Positions 40,527 through 50,936 are shown, counted from the stretch's first letter. The stretch is DNA of 64,000 bases from a bacterium (GCA_965213625.1 CBDBZU010000004.1:1472001-1536000); one strand, 5' to 3'. Numbers and translations are program-made. The notes: generated by a model from the sequence alone, not told the origin.

Positions 40527-42059
40527 TCAGACAGGCATCTGTCTGTCCAGTTGGCGGTATTGAACCGCCTCCGCCACGTGCTGGGGGGCGACTTCTCTCT
40601 CACTGGCCAGATCGCTGATTGTACGCGCCACTTTCAACACGCGATGGTAAGCGCGCGCCGAGAGTCCCAGTTTCTCCACCGCCAGTTTGAGCAGGCGCCT
40701 GCCCTCGGCGTCGAGTTTGCAGTGTTCGTTGATGAGGGCAGGACCCATATGGGCGTTGGCGTAAACGCCCGGGTGGTCCTTGAAGCGCTCTTTCTGGATT
40801 TCCTGCGCCGCGAGAACGCGGTTTTTTATCTTCTCCGAACTCTCACCTTCAGGGTCTTCGGCGAGCTCTTTCCACGGCACCCTCGGTACGTTGATATGGA
40901 TGTCGATGCGATCGAGAATCGGTCCCGAGATGCGGGAGCGGTACCGGTTCACCTGCTTGGGCGTACAGGTGCATGCGCCGTCCGTCCGCAGTCCGCATAC
41001 GCAAGGGTTCATCGCGGCGGTGAGCATGAACCGGGCCGGAAACGAGAGGCTCGCCTGGGCTCTGCTGATGGTGATCTTCCCGTCTTCGAGCGGACCACGC
41101 AGGGATTCGAGCACGTTTTTCCGAAACTCGGGCAATTCATCGAGGAACAACACGCCGTTGTGCGCGAGAGAAGCCTCGCCGGGCAGGGGCAGCGCACCAC
41201 CGCCCACCAGACCCGCGTCGCTGATGGTGTGATGCGGAGCGCGAAAGGGTCTTTCCTCAATCAGGGAATCATGTTTGGTGAGTTTGCCGAGCACGCTCCA
41301 CACCTGGCTGGTCTCGATGGCCTCGTCCAGGGAGAGCGGGGGCAATATGGTCGGGAATCTTTTCGCCAGCATGCTTTTCCCGCTACCGGGCGGGCCTATC
41401 ATCAACAGGTTGTGCGAGCCTGCAGCCGCAACCTCAACAGCGCGTTTGGCCTGGTGCTGTCCCCGGATTTCCGAGAAATCAATTCTTCCGACCTCTTTCT
41501 TCATGATACCGTTCTTCTGGCAGCACGCCGGTGAGATGTCGATCTCCTCCCGAATGAATCCCACCACTTGTGGGAGTGTGTGTACGGGATAGACTTCGAG
41601 CTTATCGACCACGGCGGCTTCGGGCGCGTTCTCCGCCGGGAGTACGAGGCCGCGTTTGCCCATCTTCTTGGCGAGAACGGCGATGTTAAGCGCTCCCCGT
41701 ATGGGACGTAGGGAACCGTCCAGCGCCAATTCGCCCAGAAACAACAACGAGTCCTCCATTTGAGAGCGTGAATGAAATGCGCCGTTTGCGCGCAGTATCG
41801 AGAGCGCAATGGGCAAATCGAAAGCGCTTCCCTCCTTGCGGACGTCCGCTGGTGATAGGCTTACAGTGATGCGCCCCATCGGGTAGATGAAGCCCGTGTT
41901 GAGGATGGCGGCTCGAATCCTGTCTTTGCTCTCCTTGACGGCGGCGTCGGGCAGGCCGACGGTGGAGTAATACGGGAGACCTGGGGCGAGGTCGACTTCC
42001 ACTTCGACGGGATAGGCGTCTACGCCCAATACGGCTGCTGCTTGGGTTTTTGCAAGCAT
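40527..42059 (-). CDS. comM: ComM/YifB Mg-chelatase-like AAA+ ATPase
   Basis: VGLPDAAVKES, DLPIA, GPPGSGKSM, FRAPHH, LAHNGVLFLDE, SGPILDRID, ARTISDL. Confidence 0.96.
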   Translation of the reverse strand: MLAKTQAAAVLGVDAYPVEVEVDLAPGLPYYSTVGLPDAAVKESKDRIRAAILNTGFIYPMGRITVSLSPADVRKEGSAFDLPIALSILRANGAFHSRSQMEDSLLFLGELALDGSLRPIRGALNIAVLAKKMGKRGLVLPAENAPEAAVVDKLEVYPVHTLPQVVGFIREEIDISPACCQKNGIMKKEVGRIDFSEIRGQHQAKRAVEVAAAGSHNLLMIGPPGSGKSMLAKRFPTILPPLSLDEAIETSQVWSVLGKLTKHDSLIEERPFRAPHHTISDAGLVGGGALPLPGEASLAHNGVLFLDELPEFRKNVLESLRGPLEDGKITISRAQASLSFPARFMLTAAMNPCVCGLRTDGACTCTPKQVNRYRSRISGPILDRIDIHINVPRVPWKELAEDPEGESSEKIKNRVLAAQEIQKERFKDHPGVYANAHMGPALINEHCKLDAEGRRLLKLAVEKLGLSARAYHRVLKVARTISDLASEREVAPQHVAEAVQYRQLDRQMPV

Positions 42060-42245
42060 GGTACATCTCCGGGTTATGTCGTGGAGTAGCAAAGATAAAG
42101 CGAATCTTATAACGAAAATATAACGAAATCAATCCAAAGGCGAAAAATTTTTCTTTTTCTAGATTACCGACGGGGGTGTTTTAGATGAGTATGAGTAAAA
42201 GCGGTTTTCAGTTAGAAGATTGCTACGTACATGATGGGCTGCGGC

Positions 42246-43457
42246 TTATTTTCGGGAAACCTCGGAGCCTGAGGCAATGACGACCTTGGATTCGATGAGT
42301 TTGTGGATTTGCTCATCCGAATAAAGAAGTAGCTCGCGTAGTAAGCCCTCGGTATCTCCCCCGTGAAGGGGTGCAGGTTCTGGATCGGGGTTTCCGTTTT
42401 CTGTGCGGTTTAGGATGGGGTTCCCCACGATTTTTACCGTTCCAATTTCGGGATATTCATATTCGCGAATCAGACGCCTCGCCTCGACCTGCTCGTTGTC
42501 GAGTGCACGGTTGAGTGGATTCACAGGTGCCGAGGGGACGCCTGCCGACTCGAAGAGTTCAATCCATTCCTCGCCCGAGCGAGTCATCAGAATTTCTTCC
42601 ATGATGGGGAGGAGGACGTCCCTGTTCTCGGAGCGCAGGTCGTTCGTTCGAAAGCGCGGATCGTCCGCTAGTTCGTCCATGCCCATGACCTCGCACATTT
42701 TTTTCCAGAATCGTTCCTCGCGCGGGGAGAGCACGATGTAAATCGTGGCCGTCGGAAACGCCTGGTAGGGCACCATGTACTCATGGGCGCTGCCGGGCGG
42801 CTCTGGTATGTCGCCGTTGTTGAGATACATGGTCGATATATAGCCTAGCATGGCGAGTTGAACGTCGAACATGGGCACTTCCAGATGAGCTCCGCTTCTT
42901 CCTTTTGCTTTGGCCAATAGGCCCGCCATGCAGGCGATGGCGGTGTAGAGTGCGGTGGAGATATCCGCCGTGGGTGAGCCGTTTCTGGCGGGCGGGCGGT
43001 TCGGCTCGCCCGTGATGGACATGTGGCCGCTCACTGCCTGTTCGACAAGATCGAAGGCGGGTTTGTCGCGCCAGGGGCCTTTGTCTCCGTATCCGCTCGA
43101 ATCGACGAACACGATGTCGGGGTTTCTCGCTTTCATCACGTCGAACCCAAGACCCAGTCGCTCCATCGTGCCGGGCCGGAAATTCACCATCACGGCGTCT
43201 GATTTTTCCACCAGATCCAAAAACACTTCCTTGCCTGCGGGTTTTTTCAGGTCGATGACGATGCCTTTCTTGCCCCGGTTGAAGGTGAGAAAAATGCTCG
43301 AAACGGGGCCGATGCCCGCAATGGCGGGGTTGCGCCCGATGTCGCCCTGGGGAGATTCGACCTTGATGACCTCGGCGCCCATGTCGGCGAGAATCATGCT
43401 GCCGATGGTACCTGCGATAACCTGTCCTAGATCGAGAATTCTGTAGCCTTCAAGCAT
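42246..43457 (-). CDS. CaiB/BaiF (family III) CoA-transferase
   Basis: LEGYRILDL, LADMGAEVIKVE, NRGKK, NFRPG, SGYG, DDPRF. Confidence 0.93.
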   Translation of the reverse strand: MLEGYRILDLGQVIAGTIGSMILADMGAEVIKVESPQGDIGRNPAIAGIGPVSSIFLTFNRGKKGIVIDLKKPAGKEVFLDLVEKSDAVMVNFRPGTMERLGLGFDVMKARNPDIVFVDSSGYGDKGPWRDKPAFDLVEQAVSGHMSITGEPNRPPARNGSPTADISTALYTAIACMAGLLAKAKGRSGAHLEVPMFDVQLAMLGYISTMYLNNGDIPEPPGSAHEYMVPYQAFPTATIYIVLSPREERFWKKMCEVMGMDELADDPRFRTNDLRSENRDVLLPIMEEILMTRSGEEWIELFESAGVPSAPVNPLNRALDNEQVEARRLIREYEYPEIGTVKIVGNPILNRTENGNPDPEPAPLHGGDTEGLLRELLLYSDEQIHKLIESKVVIASGSEVSRK

Positions 43458-43473
43458 TTGGAATATCCTGAAA

Positions 43474-43917
43474 TCAGCTCTTGGGAGTGGCGGTTGCTGT
43501 CGCCTTGATGAGTACATCGCCGCGCTGATTCTCGGCGCTCGCCTCGATTTCCACGAACTGTTGCTCCGCCTCTTCATATTGACGAATAACCTTGGCCTTG
43601 CAAATCACCATGTCGCCCGGCCATGCCTGCGCGCTGAAGCGTATTTTCAAGTTCTTGAACGAATCCGGCCCCAGCCATTCACTCAACAAGCGGGCGAGAT
43701 ATCCGCCCTGGAGCATCCCGTGCGCGAAGGGTTTGTCGAATCCCGCCCGGATGGCGTAAATCTCATCGTGATGGTTGGGGTTGAAATCTCCGCTCGCACC
43801 CGCGTAGCGTACCAGGTCCGTCCGGGTGATGGGACCTACCGTCAGTTCACGCTCTGTACCCTCAGTGAGTTCTTCCCATTTCGCGTATTCAAAACTCGTT
43901 GTCATGTAATGCTCCAT
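43474..43917 (-). CDS. MaoC-like hotdog dehydratase (HadB-like catalytic subunit)
   Basis: VRYAGASGDFNPNHHD, AHGML. Confidence 0.9.
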   Translation of the reverse strand: MEHYMTTSFEYAKWEELTEGTERELTVGPITRTDLVRYAGASGDFNPNHHDEIYAIRAGFDKPFAHGMLQGGYLARLLSEWLGPDSFKNLKIRFSAQAWPGDMVICKAKVIRQYEEAEQQFVEIEASAENQRGDVLIKATATATPKS

Positions 43918-44384
43918 CAGGCCTCTTTGGGTGGGGCCGCGGTTTCGATGAGGGTGCGCCGCGTCACCTGAACCAACTCGCCCGCCTCGTCCACGAATCT
44001 GGTTTCGATGACGACGAAGGTCATCATCCCGCCCCGGCGACCTTCTTTTTCACGAGTTGAGACGATGGCGTTTCTTCCCTTCAAATTCATGCCGGCTACC
44101 AGGGGCTTGTGATATTCGAATTCCTGTTCTCCGTGAAGACGGCGCTTGGGGTCGTAGCCCAGATGCGGCATGGGGTCGTTCTCGGGATTTTCGTGCCAGA
44201 ACTGGCGCACGAACGTGAGCGGAGCGAGTAGATCAGCAAATCCCGCGGCCTGGGCTGCTTCTACATCCGTGTGCACTGGGTCGGTCAAACCCAGGACGAG
44301 AGCGTATTCCCTGATTTTTCCGCGTTCGACCCGGAATTCGAACTCGGGGAAGGTTCTCTCCAGTACGCTTTTATCCAACGGCAT
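43917..44384 (-). CDS. MaoC N-terminal/FAS1-like hotdog protein (HadA-like partner)
   Basis: VERGKIREYA, APLTF, LHGEQEFEYHKPL. Confidence 0.9.
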   Translation of the reverse strand: MPLDKSVLERTFPEFEFRVERGKIREYALVLGLTDPVHTDVEAAQAAGFADLLAPLTFVRQFWHENPENDPMPHLGYDPKRRLHGEQEFEYHKPLVAGMNLKGRNAIVSTREKEGRRGGMMTFVVIETRFVDEAGELVQVTRRTLIETAAPPKEA

Positions 44385-44471
44385 GTAATCGGTCCTTCAT
44401 CAATATCACTTCACCTAACGGGTAGCCTTCAGTTTCGGTTCTTTTGGGTAAATCATCAAGCGAGCGGAGGG

Positions 44472-45629
44472 TTAAAGCCCCAGCGCCTTGGCGATGATGT
44501 TTCTCTGCACCTCACTCGTGCCCGCGCCGATTGTGGCCAGACGCGCGTCGCGGTAGTGGCGCTCCATTGCGTATTCTCCGCTGTAGCCGTAGCCGCCCAT
44601 CACCTGAACGCCTAAGTCGGCCACCTGCTTATAGGCCTCTCCGGCATAGAGCTTGAGCGTCGCCGCCTCGATGCGCCCCGCTTTTCCCTGCGAGACCAGC
44701 CACGCGAATCGGTAAACTTGCAGCCTCGCCGTGTCGACGAGCATGTGCATCTCGGTGAGCATGTGGCTGACAGCTTGGAATTTACCGATGGGGCGGCCGA
44801 ATTGTTTTCTCTCCTTCGCGTGGTTCAAGGCTAAATCGAGGGCCGCCGCCGCCGCTCCCGTACGCGCTGCGGACAGGCACAAACGCTCGGTGGTGATGTA
44901 TGCCATCAGACCCTGCCAGCCGTCCCCCACTTCTCCCAGAACATCGGCCTCGCTCGCCTCGACGGCGTCATAATGCGCCACGCAGGTTCCCATCGCCCGG
45001 TGACCGAGCAAATCGAGCTTCGACCAGGTGACGCCCTCGGCGTCGGCTGGGATGATGAAATTCGTGATGCCCTCGTGTTTTGCTCCCGAGTTGTCCGTGC
45101 GCGCGGCGACAAGGATGTGCGTAGCCGTCGGCATGCCGGAGGTGAAGTTTTTGGTGCCCGTGAGACGAAAGCGGTCTTCTTCGCGATCCGCGCGGGCGAT
45201 GATGGCTGCTGCGTCTGAGCCGGCGTCCGGTTCGGTGAGGCTGAACGCGAAATACTTCTCCCCCTGAATAGTGGCGGGGATGAAATCTTTTTTCTGCGCA
45301 TCCGTTCCGCTGACGAGGAGGGCGTCCACACCGTAGCAGACGTTTCTGAAGATCATGGTGGCGAGGTCCAGGTAGTGCATGCCTGCCGTTTCCAGCACGA
45401 GTGCCAGATCGAGCGCATCGCCCCCCATGCCGCCGTATTCCTCAGGCGTGGATACGCCTATCCAACCATCATCGGCCAGAGCCTTGTAAGCCTCGACGGG
45501 AGCTTCGCCCTTCTTGTCGCATTCCATTGCGTAATCAGGCGGGCATACTCTCTCGAGAAGCTCATGCAGCGTGCGGCGCATGAGTTCCTGTCGCTCGTTG
45601 AAGGCGAAATCCAAAGCGGTAAACCTCAA
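44472..45629 (-). CDS. Acyl-CoA dehydrogenase
   Basis: SLTEPDAGSD, RKQFGRPIGKFQ, QVMGGYGY, GTSEVQR. Confidence 0.94.
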   Translation of the reverse strand: MRFTALDFAFNERQELMRRTLHELLERVCPPDYAMECDKKGEAPVEAYKALADDGWIGVSTPEEYGGMGGDALDLALVLETAGMHYLDLATMIFRNVCYGVDALLVSGTDAQKKDFIPATIQGEKYFAFSLTEPDAGSDAAAIIARADREEDRFRLTGTKNFTSGMPTATHILVAARTDNSGAKHEGITNFIIPADAEGVTWSKLDLLGHRAMGTCVAHYDAVEASEADVLGEVGDGWQGLMAYITTERLCLSAARTGAAAAALDLALNHAKERKQFGRPIGKFQAVSHMLTEMHMLVDTARLQVYRFAWLVSQGKAGRIEAATLKLYAGEAYKQVADLGVQVMGGYGYSGEYAMERHYRDARLATIGAGTSEVQRNIIAKALGL

Positions 45630-45720
45630 TCGTTAAGGGGTTGTCATGTTTCCGGGGGGCGATTGAACACCGCCGCGCGCAAAAAATCAAGCCGGATGTG
45701 CGATCTGCTCGGCATAGCCC

Positions 45721-46689
45721 TCAATCCAGGACTTCTGGGTTGTGGATGTTTATCGGCTCCCCGTCGGCGAAGGCGTTGATTTGATCGAAGGCGATACCGA
45801 AATATCTCTCGAACGTGCCTCGCGTGACGTAGCCCAGATGCGGCGTGCAAGTCGCGTTCTCCATGCTGATGAGCGGGTGTCCGGCTCCTTGAACCGGTTC
45901 TCGCTCATACACGTCCACGGCGGCGAAGCCGGGCCTTCCCGCCTTGAGCGCGGCCTCGAGAGCGCCTTCTTCTATCAGCCCGGCGCGGCTGGTGTTCACC
46001 AAGAGGGCGCTCGGTTTCATCAGGCTCAAATCCTTTGCAGTCACGATGCCCCTCGTCTGGGGAATCAGGCGAATATGGAGGCTCACCATATCGGACTCCG
46101 CGAAGAGCGCCTCTTTGCTGGACGCCATCGGGACGCCGTCCGCCCGGGCGCGCTCGGCGGAACCCTCTCTCCCGTAGGTGATAACGTCCATACCGAACGC
46201 TTTTCCCACGGCGGCCACCTGGCTGCCGATGTTGCCGTAGGAATACACGCCAAGCGTTTTGCCGAATAAGTCCTCGCCCAGCGTAGTCTGCCAGCCGCCA
46301 TTCTCCAGGTTTTTGATTTCCTGAGGGATGGAGCGCATGGCGCAGTGGATGAGGCCCCAGGTGAGTTCACACGTGGAGTGCGTGCCGGTCCCCCCTGCGG
46401 CCACGGCCACTTTGTGGCGAGTGCAGGCTTCCAGGTCGACGTGTCCGCCGAAGCCTGCTCCCGTCTGGCTCACGATTTTGAGATTGGGGAGTTTGGCGAG
46501 CAATTCATCCGTAATGTGGGTGCGCTCCCTGATCAGGACGATGGCTTCTGCATCCCGGAGCCGTTCAGCAAGGGCGTCGATGTTGTCCAGCGTATCGTTG
46601 TGGATAGTCACGTCGTGGCCACCCATTTTTGAGAAACACTCGAGGTGGCGGATGCAGTCTTGGTAATCATCTGAAATCACGACTTTCAT
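45721..46689 (-). CDS. D-2-hydroxyacid dehydrogenase family protein
   Basis: DDYQ, RERT, YGNIG, LVNTSRA, DVYEREP, TPHLGY. Confidence 0.93.
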   Translation of the reverse strand: MKVVISDDYQDCIRHLECFSKMGGHDVTIHNDTLDNIDALAERLRDAEAIVLIRERTHITDELLAKLPNLKIVSQTGAGFGGHVDLEACTRHKVAVAAGGTGTHSTCELTWGLIHCAMRSIPQEIKNLENGGWQTTLGEDLFGKTLGVYSYGNIGSQVAAVGKAFGMDVITYGREGSAERARADGVPMASSKEALFAESDMVSLHIRLIPQTRGIVTAKDLSLMKPSALLVNTSRAGLIEEGALEAALKAGRPGFAAVDVYEREPVQGAGHPLISMENATCTPHLGYVTRGTFERYFGIAFDQINAFADGEPINIHNPEVLD

Positions 46690-46821
46690 TCGGTTATCCT
46701 TTCGGAGTTGTTCATCAAGAGCAAGAGTAAAAGATGCGTTTTTTGTCTATCCTCAGTAGATGTATTATTATCCCCCCGGACGGGAATTTCCCCAAGCCGC
46801 TTCGGGATATCAGGAGAGAGA

Positions 46822-47919
46822 ATGGCGACTGCATCGGAGAGAAAAGTACAGCTTACCCGAATGGTAAAGGCGGGCGGGTGAGGCTCGAAACTGGGTCCGG
46901 AGGACCTGCGAGAGGCTTTGAGCCAGTTTGAACCGTTTTCGGATCCCAATCTGCTCTACGGAACGAACGCCGGGGACGACACGGGCGTGTATCGGCTCAG
47001 AGAAGATCTGGCCATCGTCCAGACGGTGGATTTCTTCACGCCCATCGTGGACGACCCATACGCCTATGGCCAGATAGCTGCGGCCAACGCGCTGAGCGAT
47101 TGCTTCACCATGGGTGCGCAACCGATTACCGGGCTGAATCTTGTGGGTTTTCCCTGCCACATCGGTCTGGACGTGCTAGGGAGAATCCTGGCAGGCGGCG
47201 CGGATAAGATGCGCGAGGCGGGTGGCGTCATCGTAGGTGGCCACAGCGTAGACGACGTGGAGCCCAAATATGGCATCGCCGTCACGGGAACGGTCGACCC
47301 CCGGATTATGGTGACGAACCAGGGGGCGAAACCCGGCGACAAGCTTATTTTGACGAAAAAAATCGGTACCGGCGTCGTCACCAACGTGACGAAGCAGGTG
47401 AACCCGGTGATCAAGGCAGCGCGCGGTATTTTCGGAAAGAACGGAAACCTTCGAGACGGTGTGTTCGAAGAGGCGGTAGAGTCGATGAAGACTCTGAACA
47501 AAATTTCGAGCGAGTGCATGATGCGCGTAGGCGTGAACGCCTGTACGGACGTGACCGGCTTCGGCCTACTGGGCCATCTGCACAATGTGATGGAGGCCAG
47601 CGGCGCGCGGGCGCGCGTCGTTTTTTCCGATGTGCCCCGGTTCGATGACTTGCTTCCCCACGCCATCGCGGGTACCGCAGGAGGGGGCGATCGCAATCGC
47701 CAATGGACAAAGCCGTTCGTCGAGCCGAAACCGGGCGTCGATGAGGAGATGCTCGCCTTGCTCAACGATGCGCAAACCTCCGGCGGACTCGTCATCTCGG
47801 TGGAAGCGGACAAGGCGGGAGCCTTGTTGGGCGAACTGCACGGAGGAGGTGTGGCTCCCGCCGCCGTTTTCGGCGAGGTGGTGGAAGGCCCGCCCGGGAG
47901 CGTGGAAGTAGAACTATAA
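46822..47919 (+). CDS. selD: Selenide,water dikinase SelD, selenocysteine form (Sec20 at TGA 46879-46881)
   Basis: AGGAG RBS, then MATASERKVQLTRMVKAGG-U-GSKLGP in frame with DDTGVY, QTVDFFTP, AANALSD, GGHS, TDVTGFGLLGH, DAQTSGGL. Confidence 0.93.
46884..46912 (+). promoter_or_regulatory. Candidate bacterial SECIS element in selD
   Basis: CTCG-AAAC-TGGGTCC-GGA-GGACCTG-CGAG hairpin with a G-containing loop 17 nt after the TGA. Confidence 0.8.
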
Positions 47920-47949
47920 TTCTTAACTTTAAGCGAGGGAGTGTTGTTT

Positions 47950-48414
47950 ATGGAAAAGGCAATGTTCGGCGCAGGTTGTTTCTGGGGAGTGGAGGCGGCG
48001 TTCCGCAAGGTGGAAGGCGTGGCTTACACCGCTGTGGGGTACTCAGGCGGCGAGAAGGACGAGCCGACCTACCGGGAAGTGTGTACGGGCCGCACAGGAC
48101 ATGCGGAGGTCGTCTATCTGGAGTTCGAACCCGAAAAAGTTTCTTACCAGGAGCTTTTGGATGTGCTGTGGCGCATTCATGACCCGTGTACGCTGAACCG
48201 CCAGGGACCAGACGTGGGCACCCAGTACCGCTCGGCGATCTATTTCTTCTCGCCTGAGCAGAAGGCGGCGGCGCAGGCCTCCAAGCAGGAACAAGAGGAA
48301 TCGGGTCGTCATTGGGGCCCGATTGTGACCGAGATAACTCAAGCGGCAAAATTTTGGATGGGCGAGGACTATCACCAGCAGTATGCCGAAAAGAACGGAA
48401 TTATCTGTCACTAG
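47950..48414 (+). CDS. msrA: Peptide methionine sulfoxide reductase MsrA
   Basis: GAGCFWGVE, GHAEVV, QGPDVGTQYRS, EDYHQQY. Confidence 0.96.
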   Translation: MEKAMFGAGCFWGVEAAFRKVEGVAYTAVGYSGGEKDEPTYREVCTGRTGHAEVVYLEFEPEKVSYQELLDVLWRIHDPCTLNRQGPDVGTQYRSAIYFFSPEQKAAAQASKQEQEESGRHWGPIVTEITQAAKFWMGEDYHQQYAEKNGIICH

Positions 48415-48429
48415 CCGCATCCGAATGGT

Positions 48430-48471
48430 AAAGGCCCCCGGCGGGTTGAAACCACCGGGGGCTTTTCTTTT
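48430..48471. terminator. Bidirectional intrinsic terminator
   Basis: AAAGGCCCCCGG...CCGGGGGCTTTTCTTTT between convergent genes. Confidence 0.8.
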
Positions 48472-48475
48472 GCTC

Positions 48476-49315
48476 TTAGCCGTATTGCGCCACGACTTCG
48501 GTCAACTCGTCGAGTATCGGCAAGACGACGTCGGCCTCCGCCGATGGCAGGATGAAAATGCTCCTCCCCACTCCATTGCTCTCAAGAGCGCGAAGCTTGT
48601 CTACGTCAGGAGGTGCGAAGAAAATACTGACGGGAATGGGCGCACGCCCCGCCTTGGCGGCCATATCCTGAAGTTCCCGGATTCGCGGTGAGAGGTCCAT
48701 ATCCCCTCGCGGCAGCGGCATCCACTCATCTCCGTAGCGAACCACGCGCTCGAGCGTTCTCGCGCCGTTTCCACCCACGATTATCGGCGGGTGAGGCTTC
48801 TGGACTGGCTTGGGCCAGGACCAGATGCGCTCGAAATCCACGAAATCACCATGGTAGCTTGCCTCATCCTCCGTCCAGATGGCTTTCATGGCCTCGATGC
48901 GCTCGCGCAGGATAATCCACCGCTTCTCGTAGTTCGTTCCGTGGTTTTCCATCTCCTCGCGATTCCACCCGCCGCCGATTCCGAACAGCACGCGACCGTT
49001 CGATATGTGATCGAGCGACGCCACTTCGTTGGCAAGGACGATAGGGTCACGCTCGATGACGAGGCATATTCCCGAGCCCAGCATGATTTTTTCCGTGGCT
49101 GCCGCCGCGGCTCCGAGGCCCACGAAAAGATCGATCGAATGCGAGTATTCAAGCGGGAGTTCCGCGCCGCCGGGCCAGGGAGTTTTTCTGCTCGCCGGAA
49201 TATGGGTGTGCTCCGGGAAGAAAATGGACTCGAAACCCCTGTCTTCCGCTTCTTTGGCGACCCGGTGCGGGGCGATGGAATAATCGGTCGGGAAAATCGC
49301 GACGCCGAATTTCAT
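48476..49315 (-). CDS. LLM-class putative F420-dependent oxidoreductase (Rv2161c-like)
   Basis: FPTDY, PEHTHIP, GIGGGWNREEMENHG, WPKPVQKPHPP. Confidence 0.88.
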   Translation of the reverse strand: MKFGVAIFPTDYSIAPHRVAKEAEDRGFESIFFPEHTHIPASRKTPWPGGAELPLEYSHSIDLFVGLGAAAAATEKIMLGSGICLVIERDPIVLANEVASLDHISNGRVLFGIGGGWNREEMENHGTNYEKRWIILRERIEAMKAIWTEDEASYHGDFVDFERIWSWPKPVQKPHPPIIVGGNGARTLERVVRYGDEWMPLPRGDMDLSPRIRELQDMAAKAGRAPIPVSIFFAPPDVDKLRALESNGVGRSIFILPSAEADVVLPILDELTEVVAQYG

Positions 49316-49361
49316 GTTGTGTTCTCCTGGTTCGTGGTGATGAATGATTCGCCGATAATTT

Positions 49362-50684
49362 CTACCTCATGCCCAGGGGGTTTGGTTTTTGGCCCTCGGG
49401 GATGAGGGGGTCGTAGGTAAAGCCTCTCGTTTTCTCTTCGAACTCCTCTCGCACCTGCTTCAACACGTTCTCATTGCTGATGAGTTCGAGGGCGGTGCAC
49501 GCCATGGTCTTGGCGGATGTCATCATGCCTTTCTCTCCGATTTCCATCCCGTATTGCTGGGTGGCAAGCCATGAATGCCCGGGTGTTCCGGGCGCGTGAC
49601 AGGTCGTCATGAGATTGCCCAGGGGCGTGAGCCAGCTCACGTTGCCGCGCTCGTTGCTCGGGCGGATGTCCGCCGGGTCGAGGGGAGAGACTTCCTCCGA
49701 GAGGGGTGTTTCGTAGCCCAGTTTCCGGGCGAATTCCTTGGCCTCGTCGGTATATGTATGCGCGCCTACGAATTCGAGGTTTCGCTGCACACAATTGGCG
49801 AGAGCGTTGTTGGGGAGATTCTCGTATACGGCGGTGAGGAGGGTTTCCTTCATCGTGGTGCCGGACGCCAACGCGCCTGCTTTCGCGCAATTTCGCACGC
49901 GCTCGCTCAGTTCGTTGACCATCGCCCGTTTGGGCGCCCGCACGTAGTACCACACGCGTGAATAGGAGGGCACGACGTTGGGAGCCACTCCGCCGTCGGT
50001 GATCACATAGTGAATCTTGACCGGCTCGATGACGTGCTCGCGCATCATGTTGACGCCGTAGTTCATGATTTCCACGCCGTCCAGCGCGCTTCTGCCGTTC
50101 CACGGGTCGCGGGCCGAGTGGGCGGTTTCGCCATAAAACTCAAAGACGATGGAATCCATGGCGTTCGTGCTGCCGCCCCGTGTGAAGCTCTGATCCCCGG
50201 GGTGCCAGGTGACGGCGGCGTCGAGGCCGTCGAACGCGCCGTCGCGCGCCATGTATACCTTGCCCTCCAGGGTCTCTTCCGCCGGGCAGCCATAGCAGAC
50301 GACCTGGCCCTTCGCTCCCGATTCGCGCAGCGCGCGCGCCGCCGCAATCGCCGCGTAAGCGCTGGCCGTGCCGAAGAGGTTGTGCCCGCAGCCATGGCCT
50401 TGTTTCTCGTGGGAATCGCCGCAGTGGGGGAGCGCGTCGTATTCCCCTAGAATTCCGATGGCGGGGCCGCCCTCGCCCCACTTGGCGATGAAGGCCGTGG
50501 GCAGGTCGCCTACGCCGCGCTGCACCTCGAATCCGTTCTGCTCCAGCACGTCTTCGAGCAGTTCGGCGGACTTGAATTCCTCCAAAGCGATTTCCGCGAA
50601 GTTCCAGATTTCGCGGGCGATTTCGCGCGCTTCGCCCGTTTGGGTGTCCAGATAATCGACGGCTTTTTGTCTGAGATCGTCCAT
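49362..50684 (-). CDS. M20 amidohydrolase (AbgB-like)
   Basis: GEYDALP, GHGCGHN, PAEE, WHP, GRSALD, GGVAPNVVP. Confidence 0.92.
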   Translation of the reverse strand: MDDLRQKAVDYLDTQTGEAREIAREIWNFAEIALEEFKSAELLEDVLEQNGFEVQRGVGDLPTAFIAKWGEGGPAIGILGEYDALPHCGDSHEKQGHGCGHNLFGTASAYAAIAAARALRESGAKGQVVCYGCPAEETLEGKVYMARDGAFDGLDAAVTWHPGDQSFTRGGSTNAMDSIVFEFYGETAHSARDPWNGRSALDGVEIMNYGVNMMREHVIEPVKIHYVITDGGVAPNVVPSYSRVWYYVRAPKRAMVNELSERVRNCAKAGALASGTTMKETLLTAVYENLPNNALANCVQRNLEFVGAHTYTDEAKEFARKLGYETPLSEEVSPLDPADIRPSNERGNVSWLTPLGNLMTTCHAPGTPGHSWLATQQYGMEIGEKGMMTSAKTMACTALELISNENVLKQVREEFEEKTRGFTYDPLIPEGQKPNPLGMR

Positions 50685-50936
50685 GTCTTCCTCCACATGG
50701 TGATGCGGATACTGTTGATTGGATGGGGCGATTATAGCCGAGGCGGGGCGTTTCGTATACGGGGGTATGGGGGTCGCGCGGCCATGTATGACGCGCGCGC
50801 AGATGCGGGCTGTTGCGGGGAAATGCGCGGGAGGCGATAAACTTTTTTTGCCGCCGGATTTGAGTGGGCATCACTCAGATTATATTGGTATCCTCTATGA
50901 TTACAATCAGTTGCGAGGCAGACGGCTTTCAGTAAT

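Larger units (their letters stand above)
37991..40561. repeat. Diverged tandem duplication, ~1.29-kb unit (LLM gene, upstream spacer and comM 3' end)
   Basis: 37991-39272 aligns with 39280-40561, including non-coding ATGCGCGTCAATCTCAAGAT and GGCATCTGTCT(A/G)TCCAGTTGGCGGTATT. Confidence 0.9.

Noticed and set aside
47950-48414. MsrA as a third selenoprotein
   Set aside because: The active site is encoded by TGT (GCFWG) and there is no in-frame TGA.
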